From: Thermoplasmata archaeon
GTDB lineage: Archaea > Thermoplasmatota > Thermoplasmata > Lutacidiplasmatales > UBA184
Direction of reading: 5' to 3'
Assembly: GCA_021791335.1 (NCBI GenBank)
Contig: JAJYWS010000005.1
Location: 1-55,161, forward strand
DNA: 55,161 nt
Shown here: in pieces, positions 34,062 to 44,027 of the stretch
How the letters are laid out: each line of letters begins with the position of its first letter
Numbering within the stretch: position 1 is the first letter of the stretch
The notes under the pieces: generated by a model
Databases searched by the model: none
Seen by the model: only the letters and a program-made list of their open reading frames with translations
What the model was told of the DNA's origin: nothing
Program-made: the position numbers and the translations under genes

Positions 34062-34676
34062 CTACGCCGGCCCGGGGGGCGGCTTCGTCGCGGGGGCGGA
34101 CGGGAGCGGCACCTGCGTGCGGACCGCCGCCCACAGGGCGTCGATGGGTGCGTAGAAGGCATCGGTCGCGCCGTGGGCCTGGAGCTCGACGCGGGCCGGT
34201 CCGATCGGGCCGGCCGCGGCGCCCAGGTCGACTCCGTGGCCCGCTGCCCATTGGACGGTGCCCTCGGCCAAGGCGAGCTGGAACTCGGCCTCCCGACGGT
34301 CCTTGCGGCGACCCCGCTCTTCGGGGGTCGCGGCGGCGTCGGGATCCCACGCCGGCGGCTGGGGGGCCGGGATCTCGACCCTCAGCGACCGGAACGGCTC
34401 GGGGATCGTCGGCCAACGCGGCTCGTGGAACCGGACGGCGAGTTGATCGAGGTGGGTCTGCGTGGTCGGGTAGTCGCCTTGGGCAAAGGCGGCCTCGGCC
34501 TTCAGGAGGGGGGTGGTGAGGTCGGGGTGCGGACTCCCCTTCCAGAGGTCGAGCCGCAAGGCGACCCGGAACGGGGCGAGCCGCCGCACCAGCTTCCGCT
34601 CGACCGGATCGGACCGCGCGGTCGGCAGGACGGGGACCTCGGCGGGCGCCGGGGGTTTGTTCGGGGCACCGGGCAT
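34062..34676 (-). CDS. Hypothetical protein (204 aa)
   Basis: The composition is balanced. A GAGAGG Shine-Dalgarno-like element precedes the ATG, 16 nt after the GGR stop. It has no recognisable domain. Confidence 0.5.
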   Translation of the reverse strand: MPGAPNKPPAPAEVPVLPTARSDPVERKLVRRLAPFRVALRLDLWKGSPHPDLTTPLLKAEAAFAQGDYPTTQTHLDQLAVRFHEPRWPTIPEPFRSLRVEIPAPQPPAWDPDAAATPEERGRRKDRREAEFQLALAEGTVQWAAGHGVDLGAAAGPIGPARVELQAHGATDAFYAPIDALWAAVRTQVPLPSAPATKPPPGPA

Positions 34677-34692
34677 GGGCCTCTCGGGTCGG

Positions 34693-35883
34693 TCAGAGGA
34701 CCGACTCGAACTCCTTGGTGATCTCGGGGTACTTGTCGTGGACCGCCTTGAGGATGTTGTGGACGGTCAGCTTCTGCAGCCGGACATCGGCGAGCGCATC
34801 GATCACCTTGTCGAAGGTCGCGTCGGAGAGGGTGCAGAGCTTCTCCTTCGCGAGCCAGTTGCGGAAGAGCTTCTCCTCCAGCTTGGCCCGCCAGCCCTTC
34901 TCATACTTCTGGAAGAACTCCTTCGTCGGGGTGCCGAGGCGGACCGCCTCGGCCGCGACCTCGCCGCAGATCTTCCCGGCGATGCAGCCGTTGGCGATCC
35001 CCCCGCCCGTCAGCGGGTCGATCATCCGGGCGGCGTCCCCGACCAGCATGAGCCCGTCGGTGACGGTCTGGTTGAGGGGCTTCGAGATCGAGACCCCGCC
35101 GCCGACCATGTCGATCTTCTTCCCCTTCGCGTAGGCCGGGTGGGCGGCGATCCACCGGTCGAGGTAGCTCTTCGCCTCGGCCATCCCGTGGATCTTGGAC
35201 AGCTGGACCCCGATGCCGACGTTGGCGAGTCCGTGGTCCTTCGGGAACACCCAGACATAGCCCCCGGGCGCCACCTCCCCGAGGTAGAAGTCGCAGTATC
35301 GGACATCGCAGTCGACCCCGGTCATGCGGTACTGCAGGCAGGAGTCCATGTCCCGGAGCGCGAGGTTGGTCGGGATCCCTCCCCAGCGTCCCACCTGGCT
35401 TTCGAATCCGTCCGCGCCGACCACGACCGAGGCCCGGATCTCGATCGGTTCGCCGAACTGCTTCGCCCGGGCCCCGACGATGCGGCCGTTCTCCCGGATC
35501 AGGCCGGTGGCCGCCGTTTTGAGCTGGATGTCGACGCCGGCGTTGCCGGCGTCGATCGCGAGCGCCTTGTCGAAGCCGTCGCGCTCCACCACATAGCCGA
35601 CCTCGTTGCCGGCGTGCTTCTCGTTGATCTCGAAGACCTTCTCGGAGGGCGAGTAGATCCGGGCCCCCTCGACCTCGAGGTTGATCCACTTGCCGGGGGT
35701 GATGCCGACCTCGGAGAGCCAGCTCTTGCTCATCCCTTCGCCGCAGCGGACCGGGCTTCCGATCTCCTGCCGCTTCTCGATCATCAGGACCCGGGCGCCG
35801 CTCTTGGCCGCCCATTTGGCGGTCATGCTGCCCGCGGGGCCGGCGCCGATCACCAGGACATCCGTGCTGAGATCCTTCGCCAT
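34693..35883 (-). CDS. Digeranylgeranylglycerophospholipid reductase (geranylgeranyl reductase family)
   Basis: Motifs are VIGAGPAGS, VRCGEG, PGGYVWVFP and VGDAARMIDPLTGGGI. The protein is 396 aa long. Confidence 0.9.
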   Translation of the reverse strand: MAKDLSTDVLVIGAGPAGSMTAKWAAKSGARVLMIEKRQEIGSPVRCGEGMSKSWLSEVGITPGKWINLEVEGARIYSPSEKVFEINEKHAGNEVGYVVERDGFDKALAIDAGNAGVDIQLKTAATGLIRENGRIVGARAKQFGEPIEIRASVVVGADGFESQVGRWGGIPTNLALRDMDSCLQYRMTGVDCDVRYCDFYLGEVAPGGYVWVFPKDHGLANVGIGVQLSKIHGMAEAKSYLDRWIAAHPAYAKGKKIDMVGGGVSISKPLNQTVTDGLMLVGDAARMIDPLTGGGIANGCIAGKICGEVAAEAVRLGTPTKEFFQKYEKGWRAKLEEKLFRNWLAKEKLCTLSDATFDKVIDALADVRLQKLTVHNILKAVHDKYPEITKEFESVL

Positions 35884-35896
35884 GGTTCCCTCGAAA

Positions 35897-36091
35897 TCAG
35901 CCGATCTCGATCGCGCCCACCGGGCAGGCCTTCACGCAGATCTCGCACCGGGTGCAGATCTTCTCGTCGAAGGTGATCCGGGTCTCGTCCAGGTAGATGC
36001 AGTTGAGCGGGCAGACCCCGACGCAGGCCCCGCAGTAGATGCACAGTTGTCCGCTGGACTCGATGTGGAGACTACGCTTGTTCGGAGTCAC
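35897..36091 (-). CDS. 2x[4Fe-4S] ferredoxin
   Basis: Motifs are CIYCGACVGVCP and CTRCEICVKACP. I prefer the GTG 36091 start (64 aa); the ORF-track ATG 36163 adds an Arg/Ser/Pro-rich extension. Confidence 0.75.
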   Translation of the reverse strand: MTPNKRSLHIESSGQLCIYCGACVGVCPLNCIYLDETRITFDEKICTRCEICVKACPVGAIEIG

Positions 36092-36201
36092 CGCCGACCT
36101 CGGTTCGGGAGCAGAGGCCCGGGTCTTAACGCTATCGTGACAGAGCGCGGAGCGCGGTCCCATCGCCCTCCGGCACCGGGGCCGGGGGGGTCGAAGGCGC
36201 C

Positions 36202-36207
36202 ATATAT
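36202..36207 (+). promoter_or_regulatory. TATA-like box (ATATAT)
   Basis: It lies 25 nt upstream of ATG 36232. Confidence 0.4.
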
Positions 36208-36231
36208 CGAAGCGTCCCGTCTTGGGGAGAG

Positions 36232-37521
36232 ATGGCTCCCCGCACGGAGGTCACCCCCCGCGCCGGATCCCCGGAGCCCCGCGTCGAGCGGGGCGTCCGA
36301 TCCGTCCGCCCCGCGGCCCGTCGGTTCCTGGCCCGGTATCTGCCCCCCGTCCGGTGCACCTGGCTCGCCCTGGTCGCCCTGGCGATCGGTTCGCTCCTGG
36401 ACCTGGGGGGGCTGGGGGTCGGCTCCCTGGTCGTGCTCCCGGTCGTGGCGGTCGCCACCGATCTCGCCTGGTCGCGGATCCGGTTCGAACGGCTCCGGTT
36501 TCCCGACGCGGCCCTGGTGACCGGCCTTCTCCTCGCGCTCCTCTTTCCCCCCACGGTTTCCCTCGCGGCCGCCGGTGCCTGCGTCCTGGCGGCCACCTCG
36601 CTCCGGCACGCGCTCCGGTTCCGCGGTCATCCGTGGTTCAACCCGGCCGCCCTGGGGGTCGTCCTGGGCGCGCTCGTCTTCGGGATCTCGCCGGCCTGGT
36701 GGGTCGGGGTGAGCCCGACCGGGGAGATCGCCCTCGTCGTGATCGGGGTGCTGCTCGCGCTGCGGAGCCCCTCGACCTGGCGGGTTCCGGCCACCTTCTT
36801 CCTGGTCTACGGTGTCGTGGCGGGGCTGGTCCATTTCCTCTTCGGCGGGATCCTCTCGGGGGAGCTGCTGCTGCTCTACACCTTCGACTCGGTCGCCCTC
36901 TTCTTCGGATTCTTCATGGTGGTCGAGCCCCGGACCGCGCCCTCCGACCCGGCGCTGCAGCCGATGTACGCCGGGACGGTGGCCGTGGCCTCGGTCCTGC
37001 TCTCGCTGGTGATGCCGAGCCTCGGCATCCTGGTCGCGCTCCTCTTCGGGAACCTGATCGCGATCGGCCTCCGGCAGGCCGCACCGGACCGCACCGCGGC
37101 GGTCTCGGCCTCCCGCCGGCCCGGCCGCCGGGCGGTGCCGCCCCCCGTCCGCTGGTCGGTGCCCCGGCGGATCGGGGCGACCCTGCTCACCTTCCTGATC
37201 GTGGGGGCGGTCGCGCTCTCCCTCCCGGCCGCGACGGTCACCGCACCGCTGGTCTCGGCGCCGCCGGGCGTCGGCCCGACGACGCCCTCCAGCGGCTGCC
37301 AGACCGACAACCCCTCGATCCCCGCCGCCACCCTTTCGATGCTCCACCAACGGCTCGGCCCCTCGGTGATCCTGAGCTACAATCCGAACACCGGCGCGGT
37401 GGTGTTCTACGATCCGGTGAACCACGTCACCGTGTCCGAGTTCGATCTCTACGAGGACTTCGGCTACGCCGAGTTCAACGGGGACGACTACGCGGTCCAG
37501 GGCTGCGCGCCCCCGGGCTGA
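36232..37521 (+). CDS. Orphan RnfD/NqrB-like polytopic membrane protein with a C-terminal soluble domain
   Basis: Motifs are ..RGHPWFNPAALGVVLG.. and ..FMVVEPRTAPSD... No other Rnf/Nqr subunits are nearby. The roughly 90-aa C-terminal domain carries 2 Cys. Confidence 0.6.
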   Translation: MAPRTEVTPRAGSPEPRVERGVRSVRPAARRFLARYLPPVRCTWLALVALAIGSLLDLGGLGVGSLVVLPVVAVATDLAWSRIRFERLRFPDAALVTGLLLALLFPPTVSLAAAGACVLAATSLRHALRFRGHPWFNPAALGVVLGALVFGISPAWWVGVSPTGEIALVVIGVLLALRSPSTWRVPATFFLVYGVVAGLVHFLFGGILSGELLLLYTFDSVALFFGFFMVVEPRTAPSDPALQPMYAGTVAVASVLLSLVMPSLGILVALLFGNLIAIGLRQAAPDRTAAVSASRRPGRRAVPPPVRWSVPRRIGATLLTFLIVGAVALSLPAATVTAPLVSAPPGVGPTTPSSGCQTDNPSIPAATLSMLHQRLGPSVILSYNPNTGAVVFYDPVNHVTVSEFDLYEDFGYAEFNGDDYAVQGCAPPG

Positions 37522-37541
37522 GACGGCCGGAGCTCCGGTCG

Positions 37542-38504
37542 TCAGGCGTGGGGGGTCGGCGGATGCGCCGCGGTCCCGCGCTCGGCGAGGTACCGCTCGA
37601 CATCGAGGGCCGCCATGCACCCCAGGCCGGCGGCGGTGATCGCCTGGCGGTAGCGGTGGTCGTGGACATCGCCGGCCGCAAAGATGCCCTCGACATTGGT
37701 CCGGGTCTGCTCCCGGGTCCGAAGATACCCCTTCTCATCGAGGTCGAGCAGGCCCCGGAAGACCTCGGTCGCCGGGACATGGCCGATCGCGACGAACAGT
37801 CCCTGGACCTGGAGCGTGGTCTCGGCCCCGGTCGCGAGGTGACGGAGCCGCACCCCCTCGACGGACTGCTCCCCGAGGACCTCCGCGACCTCCTCCTCGA
37901 AGCGGAAGGCGATCTTCGGGTTCGAGCGGGCCCGTTCCTGCATGATCCGGCTCGCCCGCAGCTCGCGCCGCCGGTGGACGACGGTCACGCGGGAGGCGAA
38001 GTTGGTCAAGAAGAGGGCCTCCTCCATCGCGGAGTCGCCCCCGCCGACCAGGACCAGCTCCTTGCCCTTGAAGAAGAATCCGTCGCAGGTGGCGCAGGCC
38101 GAGACCCCGTGGCCCCGCAGCCGCTCCTCGGACGGGAGGCCCAGCCAGCGCGCGTTGGCGCCGGTCGCGACGATCACCGCGTCGGCCCTCAGCCGGTGGT
38201 CCGGGCCGGCCTCGAGAAGGAACGGTCGCCCGCGGGCGTCGAGCCGGGTGAGCTGGGCATCGATGAACCGGGTGCCAAACCGGGCCGCCTGGCGGCGCAT
38301 CCGGTCGACAAGTTCGGGCCCCTGGATCCCGTCGGGAAAGCCGGGGAAGTTCTCGACCTCGGTCGTGATCATGAGCTGGCCGCCGGCCGGGACGCCCGAG
38401 ATCACGACCGGCCGAAGCTCGGCCCGGGCGCAGTACAGGGCGGCGGTCAATCCCGCCGGACCGCTGCCGACGATCGCCACGGGGGTCGAAACCTCGGAGG
38501 GCAT
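37542..38504 (-). CDS. trxB: Thioredoxin reductase
   Basis: Motifs are VGSGPAG, the redox pair CATC ([10 protein letters not shown]), [10 protein letters not shown] and HRRRELRA. Confidence 0.9.
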   Translation of the reverse strand: MPSEVSTPVAIVGSGPAGLTAALYCARAELRPVVISGVPAGGQLMITTEVENFPGFPDGIQGPELVDRMRRQAARFGTRFIDAQLTRLDARGRPFLLEAGPDHRLRADAVIVATGANARWLGLPSEERLRGHGVSACATCDGFFFKGKELVLVGGGDSAMEEALFLTNFASRVTVVHRRRELRASRIMQERARSNPKIAFRFEEEVAEVLGEQSVEGVRLRHLATGAETTLQVQGLFVAIGHVPATEVFRGLLDLDEKGYLRTREQTRTNVEGIFAAGDVHDHRYRQAITAAGLGCMAALDVERYLAERGTAAHPPTPHA

Positions 38505-38524
38505 GGTCCCGGCCAGTTCGGAGG

Positions 38525-38532
38525 TATTTAAA
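38525..38532 (-). promoter_or_regulatory. TATA box (TTTAAATA on the minus strand) for trxB
   Basis: It lies 21 nt upstream of ATG 38504. Confidence 0.45.
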
Positions 38533-38571
38533 CCACCTTCTTGCCGCCTCCCGGGGCCGGACCGCCCCTCC

Positions 38572-39111
38572 CTACGGGGAGGGCCGGTCGGCCGGTGCGG
38601 GCGGCAGGATCAACCGGTCCCCGCCGTCCGCCCGCGCGTACGACCGGTGGTAGAAGAGCAGCGGCGCGGCGTCGGTCCCCTCCCGGGCGGCGAGGACCTC
38701 CCCGACGTAGAGCCGATGATCGGCGAGCGGGATCGTCTGGAGGGTCCGGCACTCGATCCAGCCGAGGGCGCCCTCGAGGAGCGCCGCCCCGGTCACTCCG
38801 CGACGGATCGGGACCCCCCGGAACTTCTCCGCCGCGCCGACCCGACGGGCGAACCCCTCGCTCAGTTCCCGCTGCCGGGCGGCGAGGAAGCTGACGGCAA
38901 AGTGGCCGGACGCGTCCAGGAGCGGTACCGTGTCGGCGTCCCGGGCCAGGCTCACGAGCAGCGTCGGGGGGTCCAACGAGATCGAGAGCAGCGCGTTGAC
39001 GGTCATGCCCCCGTCCTGTTCCCCGGACCGGGCGGTCACGACGCTCACCCCCGTCGGCCAGCGGGCCATGAGGCGGCGGAACCCATCGGCGTCGGCTTTC
39101 GGGGCGCTCAC
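38572..39111 (-). CDS. Flavin reductase-like (FMN-binding split barrel) protein
   Basis: The motif is ..[39 protein letters not shown]... GTG 39111 overlaps the permease stop (GTGA). ATG 39069 is an alternative start. Confidence 0.75.
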   Translation of the reverse strand: MSAPKADADGFRRLMARWPTGVSVVTARSGEQDGGMTVNALLSISLDPPTLLVSLARDADTVPLLDASGHFAVSFLAARQRELSEGFARRVGAAEKFRGVPIRRGVTGAALLEGALGWIECRTLQTIPLADHRLYVGEVLAAREGTDAAPLLFYHRSYARADGGDRLILPPAPADRPSP

Positions 39112-40216
39112 TCGTCCCTCCAGCGGAAGAGGACGATGGCGAGCACGAAGACGACGACCGACGCGGCCAGGATGACGAGGAGGTCGAGGCCGGCCGCCGT
39201 TAGGTTGCCGAAGAGCATCACCTGGTTCATCCCGTCGATGACGTAGTAGAGCGGGAGCACCCGGGCGACCAGCTGGAGCGCCGGCGGGAACTCGGAGACC
39301 GGAAAGAAGGTCCCGGTGAGGAACATCATCGGGAAGGTGATGATGTTGCCGATCACGGCCGCCGTCTCGGGGGTCCGCGCCGCGGAGCCGGCGACCATGC
39401 CGAGCGCCACGAAGAAGAACGGACCGAGGACGAGGAACGGCAGGATCTCCAGCGAGACCGTCACATGCGCGCCGAAGACCCCGAGCCCGATCCCGAGCAT
39501 GATCGCCGCCGAGAGGAAGGTGAGGAGGATGTACCAGAGGATCCGGGAGGTCAGCCACTCGGCCCGGGTGAGGGGGGTGAGGCTCAGCTGCCGGAACAGC
39601 CCCTCCTTCCGGTACGAGCTGGTCACGTCGACCATCGAGAACATCGGGCTCGTCAGGATCGAGAAACCGATGAGCCCGGGGATCAGGTAGTCGATGTAGG
39701 TGTAGACGTTGCTCCCCACATTCTGATTGGCGATCGAGATCAGCTGGCAGTCCTTGAGCGGCGGGCAGGCGATGGCGAGGTTGAAGGCGTTCGCGACGCC
39801 CTGGACCGCGCCCAGCGCGATCCCGGCCGAACTCGCCGCCTGCGGGTTGGTGAAGAGCGTCACGTGGACCGGTACGCCGTGGCTGTAGTTCGAGGCAAAA
39901 CCCGCCGGCACGACCAGACCGACCGCGTAGCCGTTCTGGCCCAGGTAGGTGGAGAGGTTGCCGACGGAGGCCGGCACGAGTTGGATGCGCACGGCGCTCG
40001 TGTTGTTGAGGGCGCTCAGGAACGCCTGGCTCGCCGGCGACTGGTGGTCGAAGTTCTGGGTGTAGATCGTGACCGGCCCCGCGCTCCCCCCGCTGAAGAT
40101 GAGCCCGAAGAGGAGGATCAGGATCAGCGGGAAGACGAGCGCGAAGAACAACGCGACCGGGTTGCGGAGGTAGCCCCGGGCCGTGATCTTGAGGTCGGCG
40201 GCGATCCGGCGGCCGT

Positions 40217-40220
<4 letters not shown>
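39108..40220 (-). CDS. ABC-2 type transporter permease
   Basis: The 370-aa protein has a large first external loop followed by 5-6 TM helices. It is ATGA-coupled to the ATPase gene. Confidence 0.8.
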
Positions 40221-41149
<929 letters not shown>

Positions 41150-41170
41150 GGATGCCCCTCTGGTGCGGCC

Positions 41171-41176
41171 CTATTT
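41171..41176 (-). promoter_or_regulatory. TATA-like box (AAATAG on the minus strand) for the ABC operon
   Basis: It lies 22 nt upstream of ATG 41149. Confidence 0.35.
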
Positions 41177-41183
41177 GGGCCTT

Positions 41184-43355
41184 TCAACCCCCGGGCGGTG
41201 CCGGGAGGGGGAATCGTCCGGTCCCTCCCGGCTCCAGGCGGTGCTCCCGCCCGGCCGCACCGAGGCTGAGGGGTCCGGGCCCGGACCAGTCCACCCGCAG
41301 CTCGCCCGGGCTCCAGTCGATCCGGACCCGGCCGGCGCCCACCCGGAGACCCTCCAGGGTGGCGGACGTCCAGGAGGCCGGGAACGACGGGTCGATCGTG
41401 AGCCGGGGTCCCGCCCCCTCGCGCCGGAGCCCCCAGAGCCGCTCGAAGAGGATCGTCAGGAAGGGGGCGATGCTGAAGCCGAGGAGGAAGCAGGAGTTGA
41501 ACGGCTCCGGCCGGTCGCCGCGGTAGCACTCGTGGGCGTAGCCGCCCTCGGCCGCGAACCGGTCGGCGATCGTCCTAAGGGCCTGGAGGCCGCGGTCAAC
41601 GTCACCGGCCGCGAAGGCGGCATCGGCGAGCCAGGCGGTGGCGAGGGTCCAGACCTGCCCCTGATGGTAGACCGCGGGGGCATACGTGGGATCGGTCGAG
41701 GCGAGGGAGCGGACCCCCCAGGGGGTGAGCAGGTCCGGCCGGGCCGCCCGCTCGACCATCCGACGGGCCGCGGGTCCGCGGAGGAGGCCGGCGCTGACCG
41801 CCCGGAGCGCGTTCGGACGGAGCGTCCGGACCGGGTGGCCGGCCCGGAGGCTGTCGGCCAGATACGCCTCCTCCGGCCATCGATACTCCTGTCGGATGGT
41901 CTCGGCGATCCGCTCGAGCTCCGAAGCCGGGATCCGGTCCGGTGAGGCGCCTGGGGCCATCCGGCCCAGGGCGCCCAGGGCCTGGTGCCAGAGGACCTGG
42001 ATGTCGATCGCCTGATCCCGGCGATCCGCCGAATCCCAGATCGTCGTGTCCGGCTGGTCGATCCCGAAGCGGACCCGGGCGACCGCCGAGGTCGCCGCGA
42101 TCAGGTCCTCCACCTCATGGCCGTGGGTCAAGAGCCCGTTCGAGGGGTCCTGGCGGGCGCGCGCCCAGCCGAGGATGCCCTCCAACGCCCGGGCCCAGCC
42201 GTCCGGGACGGTCGGTTCCCCCGAATGGCGCAGGAACTGCTCGACCAGGCCGGGGTAATAGAGGGGGGTGTCGGCGGTCCCGTAGAGCAGGACCGGTCCG
42301 GTCGAGATCTGCATCGGCAGGCTCCCCGTACGGGCGCCGAGCATCGGGAGGTCCCGGCTCGGCTGGAACCGGAAGACCGTGTCGAGCGACGCCCGCACCT
42401 GCTCGAAGTCGCCCATCCACAGGACCGCGGGGATCATCTCGGCGAGATCGCGGCACCAGAGCGACGCATACCAAGGGTAACCGGCCACCAGGCCGGCGAG
42501 CCCCCCGTCCGGCAGGGAATAGAGGGCCCGGAGGGAGCGCCGGGCCTGATCGTAGGCGGTCTCGAGCCAGGGCGCGTCCGCCCACCGCATCCGGGGCGTC
42601 CCGTGCGCCCAGGAGGACCAGAACCGCTCGGAGGCCGACACCGCGCTCCCGGGATCGTCGAGGAGGGGGCGAAGATTCTCCTCCTGACGGCCGAGATCCG
42701 CCGTCCGGCCGCCGCCGATCCAGTACCGGATCTCCACGGGCATCCCGGGATCGACCCAGAGCTGGTGCTCGGTTCCCACCTCGGAGATCGGCCCCTGGTA
42801 ATGCCCGCCGATCCAGGAGGCCCGGTTGAGGTAGCGACGGGCGGGGGCCGGCCGGGTCGCCTCGTAGAGCCCGAACCCGTGTTGGCGCACGAACAGTCCG
42901 TCGGTCCGGGTCTGCGCAGTGAACCGGCCCGGGCGGATCCCTTCCACCATCACCGGGATGAGGTACGGAGCGAACGCGCTCTCCACCCCGATCGCCCGCC
43001 CCGGGCCGGTGGTCGAGAGGTGGATCGTCCGGAGGACGCCCGGCGGATCGGCTACCGCCACGACCCGCTGGGCGACCGAGAGATCGGGAAACTCGGAGAG
43101 CCGGTGCCGGCCGGTCGCCTGATGCGGCTCCCAGCCGAACTCCGTCGCCCCCTCGCCCAACCGTTGCTGGTGCCCCTCGTCCCGGAACGAGAGGCTCCAG
43201 GGCCCGGTGAGCCGGAGGTGCCGGGCGTAGACCCCGCCCCAGTCGCTCACCGCCCCCCGGCTCTCCTGGAGGAGGGTGAGGTCTCCGGAGCCATCGAGCA
43301 GGGCGGCCGACCGCCCCGAGGCGAGGAGGTGGGGGTGGTCCCGGTCGACCGTCAC
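41184..43355 (-). CDS. Amylo-alpha-1,6-glucosidase / glycogen-debranching-enzyme-like (GDE_C) protein
   Basis: Motifs are ..LVAGYPWYASLWCRDL.. and ..YHQGQVWTLATAW... GTG 43355 overlaps the upstream stop (GTGA). The protein is 723 aa long. Confidence 0.7.
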   Translation of the reverse strand: MTVDRDHPHLLASGRSAALLDGSGDLTLLQESRGAVSDWGGVYARHLRLTGPWSLSFRDEGHQQRLGEGATEFGWEPHQATGRHRLSEFPDLSVAQRVVAVADPPGVLRTIHLSTTGPGRAIGVESAFAPYLIPVMVEGIRPGRFTAQTRTDGLFVRQHGFGLYEATRPAPARRYLNRASWIGGHYQGPISEVGTEHQLWVDPGMPVEIRYWIGGGRTADLGRQEENLRPLLDDPGSAVSASERFWSSWAHGTPRMRWADAPWLETAYDQARRSLRALYSLPDGGLAGLVAGYPWYASLWCRDLAEMIPAVLWMGDFEQVRASLDTVFRFQPSRDLPMLGARTGSLPMQISTGPVLLYGTADTPLYYPGLVEQFLRHSGEPTVPDGWARALEGILGWARARQDPSNGLLTHGHEVEDLIAATSAVARVRFGIDQPDTTIWDSADRRDQAIDIQVLWHQALGALGRMAPGASPDRIPASELERIAETIRQEYRWPEEAYLADSLRAGHPVRTLRPNALRAVSAGLLRGPAARRMVERAARPDLLTPWGVRSLASTDPTYAPAVYHQGQVWTLATAWLADAAFAAGDVDRGLQALRTIADRFAAEGGYAHECYRGDRPEPFNSCFLLGFSIAPFLTILFERLWGLRREGAGPRLTIDPSFPASWTSATLEGLRVGAGRVRIDWSPGELRVDWSGPGPLSLGAAGREHRLEPGGTGRFPLPAPPGG

Positions 43356-43852
43356 GCGCCTCCTCCCGGGCCGGCCGGCGGCGGCTCTCGCAGCCTCCCT
43401 TGGAACTCCACCCAGACGAGAGGGGGGATCGCCACGCTGGCGAGTTCGAGCCGGATCTGGACCGGTCGATCGTCCGGGGGATCGACACCCTCGAGCCTCC
43501 ACTGGATCGCCTCTCCCGGCCGCCAGACCAGGGGGGTCGACGGCGTCACCTCGGCGACCGTCCGCCACGACGTCCCCTCCCCGGGCCGGAACCGGATGCG
43601 CTCCGGCGGCACGGCGGTGCCGTTGCACCGGACCGCCACGCCCCCGAACGCGCCGTCCCGCAACGGGGGGTTGAGGAGCTCGAACTCGAGGCCGGCCGCG
43701 CCCCGGACCACCCCCGAGGGCGCGACCACCGACTGCTCGAGCAGTTCGCCGATCTCGGCCAGTGACTCCACGGCGGCCAGCCCGAACTCCCGCTCGATCC
43801 GATAGCCTTCGCGGACCAGGAGGACGAGACCGGACCAGGCTCCGCGCGGCAC
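43352..43852 (-). CDS. Hypothetical protein (166 aa) coupled to the GDE-like gene
   Basis: I chose GTG 43852 because ATAAAG (43876-43881, minus strand) lies 24 nt upstream. The sequence looks beta-rich (..FELLNPPLRDGAFGGVAVRCNGTAV..). Confidence 0.4.
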   Translation of the reverse strand: MPRGAWSGLVLLVREGYRIEREFGLAAVESLAEIGELLEQSVVAPSGVVRGAAGLEFELLNPPLRDGAFGGVAVRCNGTAVPPERIRFRPGEGTSWRTVAEVTPSTPLVWRPGEAIQWRLEGVDPPDDRPVQIRLELASVAIPPLVWVEFQGRLREPPPAGPGGGA

Positions 43853-44027
43853 CGAACCGGGAGACCGGGGCGCGACTTTATCCTTCCCGTCCGGGCGCCG
43901 GGACCGGGGCCGGTTTCGTGGCCCCCGGGCCGCTTTGCGCCGGCCGCAAACGCTCCGGCCATCCGAGATTTCATATCGGCCGAGCCCTCGACCGTTCGCC
44001 GGTCGGGACCGTCCGACGGCGGGATCG

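Noticed and set aside
34693-36091. Visibly lower G+C and Lys-rich coding in the GGR/ferredoxin genes, as a hint of horizontal transfer
   Set aside because: The genes sit inside a tight native-looking operon with the same overlap and SD grammar. The composition shift is more simply explained by strong amino-acid conservation of GGR. No flanking mobile-element or tRNA integration signatures are present.
36088-38531. 510-aa minus-strand ORF (36088..37620) and 769-aa plus-strand ORF (36222..38531)
   Set aside because: They overlap the RnfD-like and trxB genes in wrong frames or on the wrong strand. Their composition is low-complexity and Arg/Pro/Gly-rich.
41985-43805. 606-aa plus-strand ORF, and the 457-aa minus-strand ORF 42115..43488
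   Set aside because: They are the antisense and alternative frames of the GDE-like gene. Their Arg/Pro/Gly-rich composition marks them as shadow ORFs.
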